A stretch of DNA of 64,000 bases from a virus, in the IMG/VR virus record IMGVR_UViG_3300014887_000002, positions 5,450-69,449 of that record; one strand, 5' to 3'. A program made the translations under genes and the position numbers. Position 1 is the stretch's first letter, and each line of letters begins with the position of its first letter. Shown piece by piece: positions 39,197-48,539 of the stretch. Under the pieces are notes generated by a model that saw only the letters and a program-made list of their open reading frames with translations, did no database searches and had not been told where the DNA came from.

Positions 39197-39400
39197 TTAC
39201 CGTCTTCTTAATTTAGCAGCCTTAGCCTTTTGCTCGGCCTTCTTTAAGGCCTCAAGCTCTTTCTTCTTTCTCCACAATATACACTCTTCAAGGAACCTGA
39301 TACCAAGAGGGTCTTTTTCTCTCAACTCGCCTATTTCTCTAGGCGTCTTACCCAACAATTTACAGAGTTCAAATTCTAATTGGCCTAAGCCACTACTTAC
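39197..39400 (-). CDS. gpT-like extension of tail assembly chaperone reached by +1 frameshift
   Basis: ATG-less 67-codon frame (VSSGLGQLEFELCKLLGKTPREIGEL...RRR) opening at TCC-TTT-CGT and ending 2 nt before the TMP ATG. Confidence 0.75.
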   Translation of the reverse strand, partial: VSSGLGQLEFELCKLLGKTPREIGELREKDPLGIRFLEECILWRKKKELEALKKAEQKAKAAKLRRR

Positions 39401-39866
39401 GAAAGGACTCTAGCTCCTTGTCTGTGATCCTAGGTGCTTGAGCCTTTGTGATAACCTCATTGATGAAGTTCTGCAATGCAGTCCAAGTTGCTACTTCAGA
39501 CCAGAATTGCTCATCGAGCTTAGGCTTTACACAAAGTGATGCAGCTATCTTAGGTAGCTTCTCATAGGCTTCCTTGAAGGCCTTAATATCCTCCTCGGAA
39601 GGATTCTCGCCTGTGAATTTAGAGACCGATATCACTAGCCTGATGAGCTCGAACATCTCAGCGTGAGTAGGCCTTCTTGTCATAATGGTCCTCTTAGTCT
39701 CAGGCGAAGTCTCAAAAGTGATGTATAGGACATCCTCTTTGAAATCACGCTCCAACTTCTCCCTTGTTGCTAGCTCTTTGAAGAACTCAAGAGCTTTCTT
39801 TTCCTCAGTCTTCTTTAGCTTAGCCTCAAATTCCTTCCATTTGTCTTGGGCCTGATTCTCCGGCAT
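39393..39866 (-). CDS. tail assembly chaperone (gpG-like)
   Basis: Position between tail tube and TMP; GGAGGTGAG RBS; ends ESFRK*. Confidence 0.75.
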   Translation of the reverse strand: MPENQAQDKWKEFEAKLKKTEEKKALEFFKELATREKLERDFKEDVLYITFETSPETKRTIMTRRPTHAEMFELIRLVISVSKFTGENPSEEDIKAFKEAYEKLPKIAASLCVKPKLDEQFWSEVATWTALQNFINEVITKAQAPRITDKELESFRK

Positions 39867-39984
39867 GTCCTCACCTCCAGTGCATAGACTGGACTAGTGA
39901 ATTACATCTGAACAGCAAGGAGACATCTGGGACAGTTCAGGAAGAAACATTAAGACAGAAAATAAGAAGGGAGCAAGCACGTGA

Positions 39985-40428
39985 TTAGTCACTGATCTTC
40001 ACGCCTCCACCAGCCAAGTTAGTCTTTGTGACATTCTGAGGATCGAGAACCACGAAGTCAACAGAGCCTTCTGATACGGTGTCTGCATCTCCGAGAGTGA
40101 TCTCGAAGCCAGTTATGAGTCCGCTCTTAAAGTAGAAATGCAGTGACTTATCTCCAGCAGAGCCAGATATTGTGACCGTAGTTCCGTTAATTAGGGCCTC
40201 TAGAAGGACACCAGCGGCAGAGTTGTCCAGCTTTGTGGCAGTCAATGAGCCTTCTACAGACAAAGAGCCTGCTCTGTAGTCGTTACCAGCCTCTCCGACA
40301 AGCTCAGTCTCAATAGTGTCCCTGCTCAGCGTGAGCGTAAAATCAGACAAGCCGAGTGTGGAGTGAGTCTTAGAGGCAATAGTGATCTTAGCATTCTCAC
40401 CCGTATAAGTCTCAGGATTTGCCGCCAT
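39985..40428 (-). CDS. tail tube protein (paralogue B)
   Basis: TGENAKI...SDFTLTLSRD...ELVG...EGSLT...FVVLDP. Confidence 0.75.
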   Translation of the reverse strand: MAANPETYTGENAKITIASKTHSTLGLSDFTLTLSRDTIETELVGEAGNDYRAGSLSVEGSLTATKLDNSAAGVLLEALINGTTVTISGSAGDKSLHFYFKSGLITGFEITLGDADTVSEGSVDFVVLDPQNVTKTNLAGGGVKISD

Positions 40429-40429
40429 A

Positions 40430-40876
40430 TTACGCGTCCGATATATGGCCGTTCGAATATGTCACGTTGTATGGATCGAGCACTGTAAAGTCTATGCTGG
40501 CTTCTGTGATTGTTGAAGCGTCTCCGAATGTCACTTCGTAGGAGGTGACCTGGCAGGAGACGAAGTACCAGCTAAGGTTCCCTTCAGCGACTGAGCCGGA
40601 TATGATTAGCTTCGTATCTGGATCGATAATGCTATCAAGAGCATCAGAGTTTCCAGAGGCAGCGAATTTACAGTTCGTTAATGAGCCCTCAATTGAGAGC
40701 TTGCCTGGCTTTCTCAGATTCCCGGTCTGACCAACCAGCTCCTGCTCGACTATGTCTCTGCTGAATGATAGGGTAAAGTCAGAGACACCCCACACCGTCA
40801 CGCCCTTGCTGGATAGGTCTGATGGACTAGTGGATATGAAGATCTTTGCATCCTTTCCAGTTACTATCCCTGCCAT
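40430..40876 (-). CDS. tail tube protein (paralogue A)
   Basis: TGKDAKI...SDFTLSFSRD...ELVG...EGSLT...FTVLDP. Confidence 0.75.
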   Translation of the reverse strand: MAGIVTGKDAKIFISTSPSDLSSKGVTVWGVSDFTLSFSRDIVEQELVGQTGNLRKPGKLSIEGSLTNCKFAASGNSDALDSIIDPDTKLIISGSVAEGNLSWYFVSCQVTSYEVTFGDASTITEASIDFTVLDPYNVTYSNGHISDA

Positions 40877-40912
40877 ATGGAACTAACCTTATCGGCCTAC
40901 ATCCAACATACA

Positions 40913-41386
40913 TCATTTTTGTAACAGTGAAGGAATCTTATTACGCCATCTAGCAATAGTAGCCTCGACAAAGCCTTTCTTTTCTTGTCCCTGAACTGAC
41001 TCTTTACGTCTAACTCCACCAGTTGCAGTATCCCAAACGAGGAAATCCGCATGAGTTGGCTTTATTCTCTTTGGCACTCCAAATTCCACCGCCAAGAAGT
41101 GTTGGCTAAAGTTTCTGATGAAGAGGGAGACAGTAAGGCCTTCTTCCTTTACTTCATACTCCCACGCCTTCTCAATGGGATAATGGACCCACTCAGGATT
41201 TCGACGCATATACTGAGGCGGTGAAGCTCCTGGCTTTCGCCTAATGTCAAGCTCTCTATTCATATCCTCGATTATCTCAGGAGCTATGTCTGAGAGCTTT
41301 CTCTTGATCCTCTCACGCTCTCGTTTGGTCATAAAGCGTATTAGGCTATCAAACAGCTGTTCTCTGTATTTAGCTATAAACCTCAT
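40913..41386 (-). CDS. neck/tail-completion protein (HK97 gp10-like)
   Basis: AVEFGV...VQGQEKKGFVE; position. Confidence 0.6.
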   Translation of the reverse strand: MRFIAKYREQLFDSLIRFMTKRERERIKRKLSDIAPEIIEDMNRELDIRRKPGASPPQYMRRNPEWVHYPIEKAWEYEVKEEGLTVSLFIRNFSQHFLAVEFGVPKRIKPTHADFLVWDTATGGVRRKESVQGQEKKGFVEATIARWRNKIPSLLQK

Positions 41387-41601
41387 TTAAGGTGATGGAT
41401 CTTACGATGACATTCGGGACATAAAGTGATGAGGTTATTCGGTGAATGTGTCCCACCAAGCCGGACAGGTATAATGTGATGGCAGATGGGATTCTCAGTA
41501 TATTTGCCGCATAGTCTACAGCGATAGTGATCACGCTCGAATATGAAGTGCCTAAGCTTATTCCAGTTTGGCGGATATAGCTCAGAAGGCCTGTAGGTCA
41601 T
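41383..41601 (-). CDS. HNH endonuclease
   Basis: RDHYRCRLCG...HHI...GG....NLITLCPECHRKIH. Confidence 0.9.
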   Translation of the reverse strand: MTYRPSELYPPNWNKLRHFIFERDHYRCRLCGKYTENPICHHIIPVRLGGTHSPNNLITLCPECHRKIHHLK

Positions 41602-42032
41602 TCGAATTCTTTGAAGTATGTCTTGCGGAATCTTAACATCCGCCTATGGGCCTTTAACAAGTCATCCCACATATCAACCTCAGTGACTTTGGCGTATGTA
41701 TTGGATAGCAGTGTCTTGGTAACTGCATCTGCTACATTCAGCGTCTCCTTCACTGAATTCTTGGAGAGTATATCGAATTGTAAAGTGGCCTCTATTTTAT
41801 GGACCTTGCTGCTACCAAAGCCAAGCTGGCCAACATCAGACTCAGTGACCTCCGTGATGATAATTGCCGGCATAGAGACCTCACCTTCTGACCAGCCTAC
41901 TCGAATATTAGTCGGTGATACTAAGGCTGTAACTTCACTCGAATTTACTAGCAGATCTCTAGCTTCCTTCATTACTTCATAGCTCATGATCGTGAGGCGA
42001 TTATCTTCTTGTAGGTATGAGATGAGTCCCAC
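41598..42032 (-). CDS. tail terminator-like protein
   Basis: LLVNSSEVTALV...PAIII...LQFDI; position; likely start ~41987. Confidence 0.65.
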   Translation of the reverse strand: MGLISYLQEDNRLTIMSYEVMKEARDLLVNSSEVTALVSPTNIRVGWSEGEVSMPAIIITEVTESDVGQLGFGSSKVHKIEATLQFDILSKNSVKETLNVADAVTKTLLSNTYAKVTEVDMWDDLLKAHRRMLRFRKTYFKEFE

Positions 42033-42298
42033 AGGACCTCATTGACGTGATAGATAGCGCCATTATAAGCAATCCTGTCTCCTGGCTTTACATCGACATC
42101 GTAATCAACATAGATCTTGAAGCTTACATTCTTATATCGACCTGAGTAGGCCATCCTCTCCTCGTCTGTCAGGGGCATTACCCTAGCCTTTGCCGAACTA
42201 CTCGTCTCATAGGAGATAGTCCATTCGCCTAGCTCATTCTGAGAAGATGCTAGCGTATAGCGCCAGATAGTCTCTGTAAGTAAAGAGGAGAGGGACAT
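41984..42298 (-). CDS. head-closure/head-tail joining protein (SPP1 gp16-like)
   Basis: QNELGEW...DVKPGDRIAYNGAIYHV. Confidence 0.75.
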   Translation of the reverse strand: MSLSSLLTETIWRYTLASSQNELGEWTISYETSSSAKARVMPLTDEERMAYSGRYKNVSFKIYVDYDVDVKPGDRIAYNGAIYHVNEVLWDSSHTYKKIIASRS

Positions 42299-42319
42299 AC
42301 TAGCCGGTTATATCCAGAC

Positions 42320-42691
42320 TTAGCTGACTTTTATCTTCCAGGTGACTTTCAGCGTGTCATCTGCCGTTACGTTGATCGGGTCGAAAGTCTTTCTGCAGAG
42401 CATTGTCCCACCGGAGCTTGCATTGAAGACTCCAGATTCGGTAATTGAATAGTCACCATCGAAGGTGAAAGCATCCTTTACAAGCTGGAAAGTGTCATTC
42501 GTTACGTCAGTCGTTACTCTAGAGCCTACACCAGCAGCTCTTTGAAGCTCATATTCTAATGCGGTATCAGATGCAGACTCAGCCGTTGTGCCGCTTCCAA
42601 TAGCGATGTAATCGAATGCTGTGACATCACCTTGCGTATCTGCACCGATTAAACCAGCAACCTCAGCCTTACCGGCATTCGTTATGACCAT
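42320..42691 (-). CDS. virion structural protein (tail-fibre N-terminal-like domain)
   Basis: ITNAGK...IAIGSG...DTALE.E...ITESGVFNASSGGTML. Confidence 0.7.
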   Translation of the reverse strand: MVITNAGKAEVAGLIGADTQGDVTAFDYIAIGSGTTAESASDTALEYELQRAAGVGSRVTTDVTNDTFQLVKDAFTFDGDYSITESGVFNASSGGTMLCRKTFDPINVTADDTLKVTWKIKVS

Positions 42692-42692
42692 A

Positions 42693-42833
42693 CTAGTCCT
42701 TGATTATTTTCCGACATTTTAACCTTCCATTCTTGTCGTAGACTTCAATCGTAAGCTCGGTCTCGACATTAAACTGTTCGCTATCTGAGCTATCTGAGAT
42801 TCTTTTCCGGAAGAGATCGAATATGCTCTTCAT
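42693..42833 (-). CDS. small ORF (46 aa) resembling the missing N-terminus of 42320..42691
   Basis: LTIEVYDKNGRLKCRKIIKD*, stop 1 nt before next ATG. Confidence 0.45.
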   Translation of the reverse strand: MKSIFDLFRKRISDSSDSEQFNVETELTIEVYDKNGRLKCRKIIKD

Positions 42834-43000
42834 TTCTGGACCCTCACAGGCTCACTTCCTAAGATGGCGTCTGCTATAATGATCCACCAGCCGTCTTCAT
42901 CTTGCTCCAAACGAGCATTTGGATCAGCTGGCTTTATAAACATCTCCAACTGCTTTTCAGCCATTTCCTTTGTCTTCGCCCGATATACAACCTTCGCCAT
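42830..43000 (-). CDS. small hypothetical protein (56 aa, not in ORF track)
   Basis: GAGGTGGTGA RBS; MAKVVYRAKTKE... Confidence 0.55.
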   Translation of the reverse strand: MAKVVYRAKTKEMAEKQLEMFIKPADPNARLEQDEDGWWIIIADAILGSEPVRVQK

Positions 43001-43032
43001 TTCACCACCTCAAATGACTAAATACATACACA

Positions 43033-43341
43033 TCAATCTAATTCGACAAGCAAGAACGCATCACGTTCGATTAATTGTCCTGAGCCCCAAACTCCACCGA
43101 GGTCATGCCAGCCAGACCATTCGATGATATAAATGCCAAGAGGATCAGCTGAAGAAGTTTCTATGAAATAATGATAGCGACCTACATCATCCTTAATAGG
43201 TTCGCCGTTATCCACAAGCTTAGACCCATCTGGCTTATAGACGTTTATCCTTGGATAAAGTGGATCAACATAGGCGCCACTTGATTTGAATTCAACAGAA
43301 GCTTTAATAGTGGTACCTCTCTCATATTTTTTAAGAGTCAT
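43033..43341 (-). CDS. Ig-like/BppU-like virion protein
   Basis: VYKPDG...GRYHY...GIYIIEW. Confidence 0.55.
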   Translation of the reverse strand: MTLKKYERGTTIKASVEFKSSGAYVDPLYPRINVYKPDGSKLVDNGEPIKDDVGRYHYFIETSSADPLGIYIIEWSGWHDLGGVWGSGQLIERDAFLLVELD

Positions 43342-46300
43342 GCTGCGTACGTATTTCCCCTGACATCAAGAAATAGACACGTAGACGAATCGGTAAAGAG
43401 CAGAGGCGTCGTTTTGGCAACCACACTTACAGGCAAGCTATAAGTAGCCGTGACCTCATCTATGAATAAAAATTTGAAGATCCTCATGCGGATAGCTTGT
43501 TCTTTGCTTGCGGTGCCGAGTAGATCCATAGTGATATTATGAACACGGATGCGATAGCCGCCAAGCATAATATCGAATAACAGATTGAGGCCATAAGCTC
43601 TCGACAGAAAAGCATCAAGCTGGAGTGACCGTGTGAATGAAATGCTTAAGAGAACATCGAAGTATTCAGATATAGATTGAATTCCTTTCAAGTGAGCGTC
43701 AAATTCACTGACGAGAGAAGCTGAATACGAACAAAGAGCATCAAGAGTCATTCGAACTTCAAGATTCAGAGTTGCGAGTATAAGGCTAAGCTTCATAATC
43801 TCACTCAGGTTATGTACCCGAAGGATAGCATCGACTGAGAGATTCTGCCGCTTAAAGGACTCGAGGAGAGCTTCGAAAGCGAGAGTATAAGGAATGTTTA
43901 GCAAAGCTAATGTGGAATCGAACGGATAGTCCGATGATTCTCGCCGTCTAGCAATAAGGTCCAGTAAATAAGATTTTGGAATATTGGTCTTCTTCGAGAT
44001 TAATTCAACGACATAATCGATTGGCACTTCACTCGCCATAAGCAAGTTATCGACAGTAAGAGCCTTCGTTTTGAGTACTGACGTGAGGACGTCTATAAGA
44101 AACGCTCTGACGTCTGTCTTCTCTAGCAGACTATCGAGACTAAGAGTTAAACCCTTTCCAAGCCTAAGAGCAAGATCGAAGGATAGCGTTAGTGGTAGAT
44201 CGGCAGCATGCAATATAGTATCGGTAACAACTTTCAAGGGTACCGTGAGAAGACAAATACTAGTAAACGGATAAGTCTGCAGAATCGATTTCTTCAATAT
44301 TGTATTATATATGGCTGTTCGGATGGTGTTAGAGAGGGACAGTAAAGCATGGAATAAAACGTCTTGACTCAATCCAATCTTTTCAAAAACTGCATCAATG
44401 GATAAGAATTTCGAATTAGTCCTTCTAAGTGCCGAGTCGAATGTTGCCTTTAAGGATAGATACCTCTGCTCTAATACGCTATCGGATACCAGATGCCGCT
44501 TAGCTGCCATCAGGAGTATATTGTCAAAGAGGATGTCAGCGGTGATGTTTTCTCTCTCAAATACCGTGTCCAGAACATGTGCATTGATGAATGCCTTTGA
44601 GAATAGGGCATTGAAGCCCAAATTCGACTCCAAAGCGGTTTCCAATATGGCATCGAACAATTGCTCCGTAGAGATATGAAGCTTCTCAAGCATAGCATCG
44701 AGAGAATGGATTTTACCGGCCTTATATTGCAATGAGACATCAAAGAGATATTTCTTATCTATATTGAGCTTCTTCGCTAAGAGCCCCAGGAAATAATCGC
44801 ATTCGGCCAAGCCAGATAGCAACGATCCGATGAGGTGCTTTTTCTCAAGGCGATATTTCTGGATAATCGCATCGAAAAGTGAAGCTATTTCGGATTTCCC
44901 CTCGAAGACTACATTAAGTGGCATATCGGAAGAAAGGACGGCGGCCAATATCGCATCTACTACCGCATCCTTCTCCAAGTGGAATTTCGTTGCTAAAAGG
45001 TCTATTGCTGTTGAGCAGGATGGACTTGCCTCTAGTATGGTATCGACGATAAGGCTCTTTGGAATATCCAGCCTAAGAGCTATCGTGTCCAGCAAATATG
45101 AGCTTTCCAATAATTTCCTGAGGAGGAGATCGTAACCATACACCCTGCTGGCGTAGCCCTCGAGTATTGCATCAGCAATAATTTTTCGGAAATTAGTCCG
45201 TTCAAGCAAAGTTGACATAAGAGATTCGCGTATATTAGTAGACTCCAAGAGGGCATTGAAATTCTTTTGTGTTAGAACATTATAGGCAAGTAGGAGGGCA
45301 TCAAAATCCATCAGTCGCTTTAGGCATCTTTTGATCAGCACATCAAAGGACTCAGCTTTAGGAATAGTAGTTTCGAGCAGGATATCGATAATTTGTTCTT
45401 TGGATAAATCTGATTTTTCGGCTAACATTGAAAGCAGATGGCTCAAAGAACCACGCGACCGAAGAAGGCTGTTGGTTATAAAAGATCGAGATATGCCTAA
45501 CTTCTCTGCAATCACGTCCATCAAGCTAGATTCGGAGCGTAAGCGCTGGAGTATTGTATCGACTGAATAATTCCTGCCAAGCGTTATCGAGAATACAACA
45601 TCCAGGATCATATCCGCCTTTTGTGGCTTTTCGACTAAAAGCGTCATCAGATATGAAGACACATTTCTGGCTAATAAATCAAGATCAGCAGGATAGGTAA
45701 TAGTCCCACGTATTTCCGCAAGAGCATCAAAGTTAACGTCTAAATGCATTGATCTACGAAGTAGAGATTCAATTGCGTGTTTTAGTTCGCTCTTAGAGGA
45801 AAGAATGGCGTCGTAAGCAAGTGGAAGTAGCTTAGCTGTCTCTAGGAGAGTATCAATGAAGGCGTTTTTCCTTATAGTTGCAAGGATTAAACTGCTGAAA
45901 GGAATCTCACACTCCTCCATAGCCTCCAGCAAAGCATCGAACACCTTAGCCTGTGTCTTTCTTTCAGAGATCAAAGTATCAATGCTAAAAGGCCTTTCCA
46001 AATTCAATCGTGAAATCAGAATATTCTCAACGTAGTCACGAATGTTGAGTTTCTCGAGTAAGGCATCGAGGGTTTCCTGAAGCTCCTCACGACTCTTTAA
46101 TAGGATGTCAATTACGGCGCTTCGATCTAGATTAAGTTTTTCTAGTATAGCACTGAGTGGTGCTGATGTGCTTAGCCGTTGTGATAATAGGCTATCTATC
46201 AAGGCCGGTAGAGGGATATTTGTCTTTTTCGAGATAATGTCTAAGCATAAGCTCTCACTCAGGATGGCTTTGCATAATGCATCAATGCTTTTATTGAGAG

Positions 46301-46514
46301 CAGTTTTACGAGAGAAGAGGGCATCAGCGCTGAAAGATTTTTCTTTTGTGAGATATAGAAGTGAATCAAAGGTGTAAGTTGTTGATTTTGTGACGGCCTC
46401 GGGAAGGATAAGGAATTGGCCAAATTCCAATAGCCCATCGATTCGAAATTCAGCCCATTCTGAGAGTCGAGAATCGAATAGCAGGAAATACCCCCATTCA
46501 GTCAAATTAGTCAT
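43338..46514 (-). CDS. large repetitive virion protein (~15-17 aa D-x-L-L repeats)
   Basis: FDSLL, ADALF, IDSLL, IDILL, LDALL... recur throughout 1058 aa. Confidence 0.75.
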   Translation of the reverse strand: MTNLTEWGYFLLFDSRLSEWAEFRIDGLLEFGQFLILPEAVTKSTTYTFDSLLYLTKEKSFSADALFSRKTALNKSIDALCKAILSESLCLDIISKKTNIPLPALIDSLLSQRLSTSAPLSAILEKLNLDRSAVIDILLKSREELQETLDALLEKLNIRDYVENILISRLNLERPFSIDTLISERKTQAKVFDALLEAMEECEIPFSSLILATIRKNAFIDTLLETAKLLPLAYDAILSSKSELKHAIESLLRRSMHLDVNFDALAEIRGTITYPADLDLLARNVSSYLMTLLVEKPQKADMILDVVFSITLGRNYSVDTILQRLRSESSLMDVIAEKLGISRSFITNSLLRSRGSLSHLLSMLAEKSDLSKEQIIDILLETTIPKAESFDVLIKRCLKRLMDFDALLLAYNVLTQKNFNALLESTNIRESLMSTLLERTNFRKIIADAILEGYASRVYGYDLLLRKLLESSYLLDTIALRLDIPKSLIVDTILEASPSCSTAIDLLATKFHLEKDAVVDAILAAVLSSDMPLNVVFEGKSEIASLFDAIIQKYRLEKKHLIGSLLSGLAECDYFLGLLAKKLNIDKKYLFDVSLQYKAGKIHSLDAMLEKLHISTEQLFDAILETALESNLGFNALFSKAFINAHVLDTVFERENITADILFDNILLMAAKRHLVSDSVLEQRYLSLKATFDSALRRTNSKFLSIDAVFEKIGLSQDVLFHALLSLSNTIRTAIYNTILKKSILQTYPFTSICLLTVPLKVVTDTILHAADLPLTLSFDLALRLGKGLTLSLDSLLEKTDVRAFLIDVLTSVLKTKALTVDNLLMASEVPIDYVVELISKKTNIPKSYLLDLIARRRESSDYPFDSTLALLNIPYTLAFEALLESFKRQNLSVDAILRVHNLSEIMKLSLILATLNLEVRMTLDALCSYSASLVSEFDAHLKGIQSISEYFDVLLSISFTRSLQLDAFLSRAYGLNLLFDIMLGGYRIRVHNITMDLLGTASKEQAIRMRIFKFLFIDEVTATYSLPVSVVAKTTPLLFTDSSTCLFLDVRGNTYAA

Positions 46515-47286
46515 GATACAGCAGCGGCCTTATGTATAATTTAGTAGGTATGTAATTTCGAAAGATATAGGGATGATAACTCGAATATGCGCCTGCCCAT
46601 ATATCATTCCTGTACGATATATCGCCTTGTCCAAGTGCAAACAACTTATAAGTTGGAGATGGATGCCACGGAGAGAAATTAATCGATGTAGAATAGCTTG
46701 GACCCCTATTACCAAAGACCTCTTCACATTCGTGATATACGAAATAATTAGCCTTCCCGTAATAAGTCGCCGGCCCCTCGCTAGCGGTGGGCTCCTGAAC
46801 AATGTCTTCGGTTCTGTATTCCCAAAGACATTTATACTGGGGAAATAATTCAATTCGTGTAGGCTGTATTTGGCGAAGTTGATAATCCCATTTAAATCCC
46901 GATTTAGCAGCCCACATCTTCACCTCAAGGGTATCTCCGACGGAAACGTCATAAAAGTAGGCGTTGAATGACCAGTAATAATTAGCGATAACGTTACGAG
47001 AGCGGGTATAAACTTCCTCACCATTCTTTAAGGTCTTCTCATATACCGTCGTGTAGCTTCCGCTTTCATTCTTACCGCTAGTGTCGATTATCGCAACGTA
47101 TTTAACATCCGTTGGCTCTATATTAAATGAAGGAAGATCGGATGAGGAGACCGTATAGCTAATTTGAGGAGAGGAAGGCTCGGATGTAGGCAGATTTTCA
47201 GGCGTACTCTTATATTCCTCCCAGGGAGACTGTATCGTGATGCTAAGGACTCGAAGGCTACCGACCAATGGCTGGCGAATAGTCAT
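46507..47286 (-). CDS. virion protein, beta-rich
   Basis: ORF in structural operon, S/T/Y-rich. Confidence 0.55.
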   Translation of the reverse strand: MTIRQPLVGSLRVLSITIQSPWEEYKSTPENLPTSEPSSPQISYTVSSSDLPSFNIEPTDVKYVAIIDTSGKNESGSYTTVYEKTLKNGEEVYTRSRNVIANYYWSFNAYFYDVSVGDTLEVKMWAAKSGFKWDYQLRQIQPTRIELFPQYKCLWEYRTEDIVQEPTASEGPATYYGKANYFVYHECEEVFGNRGPSYSTSINFSPWHPSPTYKLFALGQGDISYRNDIWAGAYSSYHPYIFRNYIPTKLYIRPLLYHD

Positions 47287-47519
47287 TCGTTTAGCGAGAA
47301 TATTTCTTTAAGGACAGCAGACGGATAAAGCTCTTTTATAATCTTAGCTATATCATCTTTTTGCTCAATAAATTGATCCGGAAGCTCAACTAATAATTCT
47401 CTTTTGACATAAGAATAGCCCACCCCGGCTGCTTCCGGAACTCTCTCCATTATAGTCTTGTGCAAATCCTCTAGGCTTGTATCCTCAGATAAGTGGACAT
47501 TACTAAATATCATCTCCAT
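47283..47519 (-). CDS. hypothetical protein
   Basis: ORF in operon. Confidence 0.5.
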   Translation of the reverse strand: MEMIFSNVHLSEDTSLEDLHKTIMERVPEAAGVGYSYVKRELLVELPDQFIEQKDDIAKIIKELYPSAVLKEIFSLNE

Positions 47520-47531
47520 CTTCCATCGGCT

Positions 47532-47822
47532 TTATTTTGTCTGAACACCGTCATAGCCAATCAATCTCGAGGTAGAAGTGTCTTTGTTATGCACCTTAAG
47601 ATATACCGAATTTGTTACGTGGAATGCATAGCGTGCATAGACGCCAGACCCGCTGTCACTGTCAAAGACAATATCATGGCTCCCATCTGTGAATATCAGC
47701 TCGATATCATGTTCATGGTATATATTATGTATCACCCATTCTTCTCCGGTTGGTGGTCGTATAGAAAGATAGCCATTCGCTGATACAGACGAAATTCCAC
47801 TTTTAACATCACCTACGGCCAT
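47532..47822 (-). CDS. small beta-sandwich virion protein
   Basis: ORF in operon. Confidence 0.55.
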   Translation of the reverse strand: MAVGDVKSGISSVSANGYLSIRPPTGEEWVIHNIYHEHDIELIFTDGSHDIVFDSDSGSGVYARYAFHVTNSVYLKVHNKDTSTSRLIGYDGVQTK

Positions 47823-47827
47823 TCTTG

Positions 47828-48538
47828 TTATTCATATTTCACTTCCACATCCCCATCCTCGGAAACATAGAGGATAGTCTTATAATTACGGCCTGCGATA
47901 GTCTCCTGGTATCCGACAGCATACAATCGCCAGCGCTTTTCTCGAGTGTATTGAATAGTAGTGATACGCTTTCGCTCAAGATACCCACCACATTCAGGAC
48001 AGTGACCGAGCCCACCCTTCTCTGGGGCCGTGTTTTCAGTTTCTTCAAATTTCTCGAATCTCTTGCCACAACTCTTGCAGACGAAATAGTCATGAGCTCC
48101 GCAATAAGGGCAAATTGGTGAAGGATATCGAGTGTCACTAAAGATTTTGGTATCAGGCCCAACTGCGAATTCCCGCCCACATGCTTGACATATTCTATAT
48201 TCCTCGTTCGCAATAAAATTTCGTGTGAAGAGTATAAATCTCTTTGGCTTTTTGATGGTAACCTCGACCTTAGGCAGAAATGGATTAGCGATGGCTGGAA
48301 TGCCACGCTTATTCAATTCCTCTGCAGCTCGAGAAGAGAGAGGATACCAACCTATCTTGACTAATCTAGAATTGTCGATATCAGATATCTTGTTCGTATG
48401 ATAGTCTTGCGGATCAAATTGCGGCAAACAAGTGCCATCTGCATAGTGTGCAATCCAGAAATAACATATAGGATGAGGCTGGGATGCCATCTCACCACCC
48501 ATTGTATTGGGATTGTTTCTCTTACTTAATACATTCAC
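47828..48538 (-). CDS. protein with multi-zinc-ribbon insert
   Basis: CQAC, CPYC, CKSC, CPEC; likely start MASQPHP (~48490) after GGTGGTGAG. Confidence 0.65.
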   Translation of the reverse strand: MNVLSKRNNPNTMGGEMASQPHPICYFWIAHYADGTCLPQFDPQDYHTNKISDIDNSRLVKIGWYPLSSRAAEELNKRGIPAIANPFLPKVEVTIKKPKRFILFTRNFIANEEYRICQACGREFAVGPDTKIFSDTRYPSPICPYCGAHDYFVCKSCGKRFEKFEETENTAPEKGGLGHCPECGGYLERKRITTIQYTREKRWRLYAVGYQETIAGRNYKTILYVSEDGDVEVKYE

Positions 48539-48539
48539 A

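Noticed and set aside
41383-41601. HNH and GIY-YIG (21498..21848) as mobile homing elements
   Set aside because: Both are short stand-alone domains that interrupt no gene; HNH genes are routine in morphogenesis modules.
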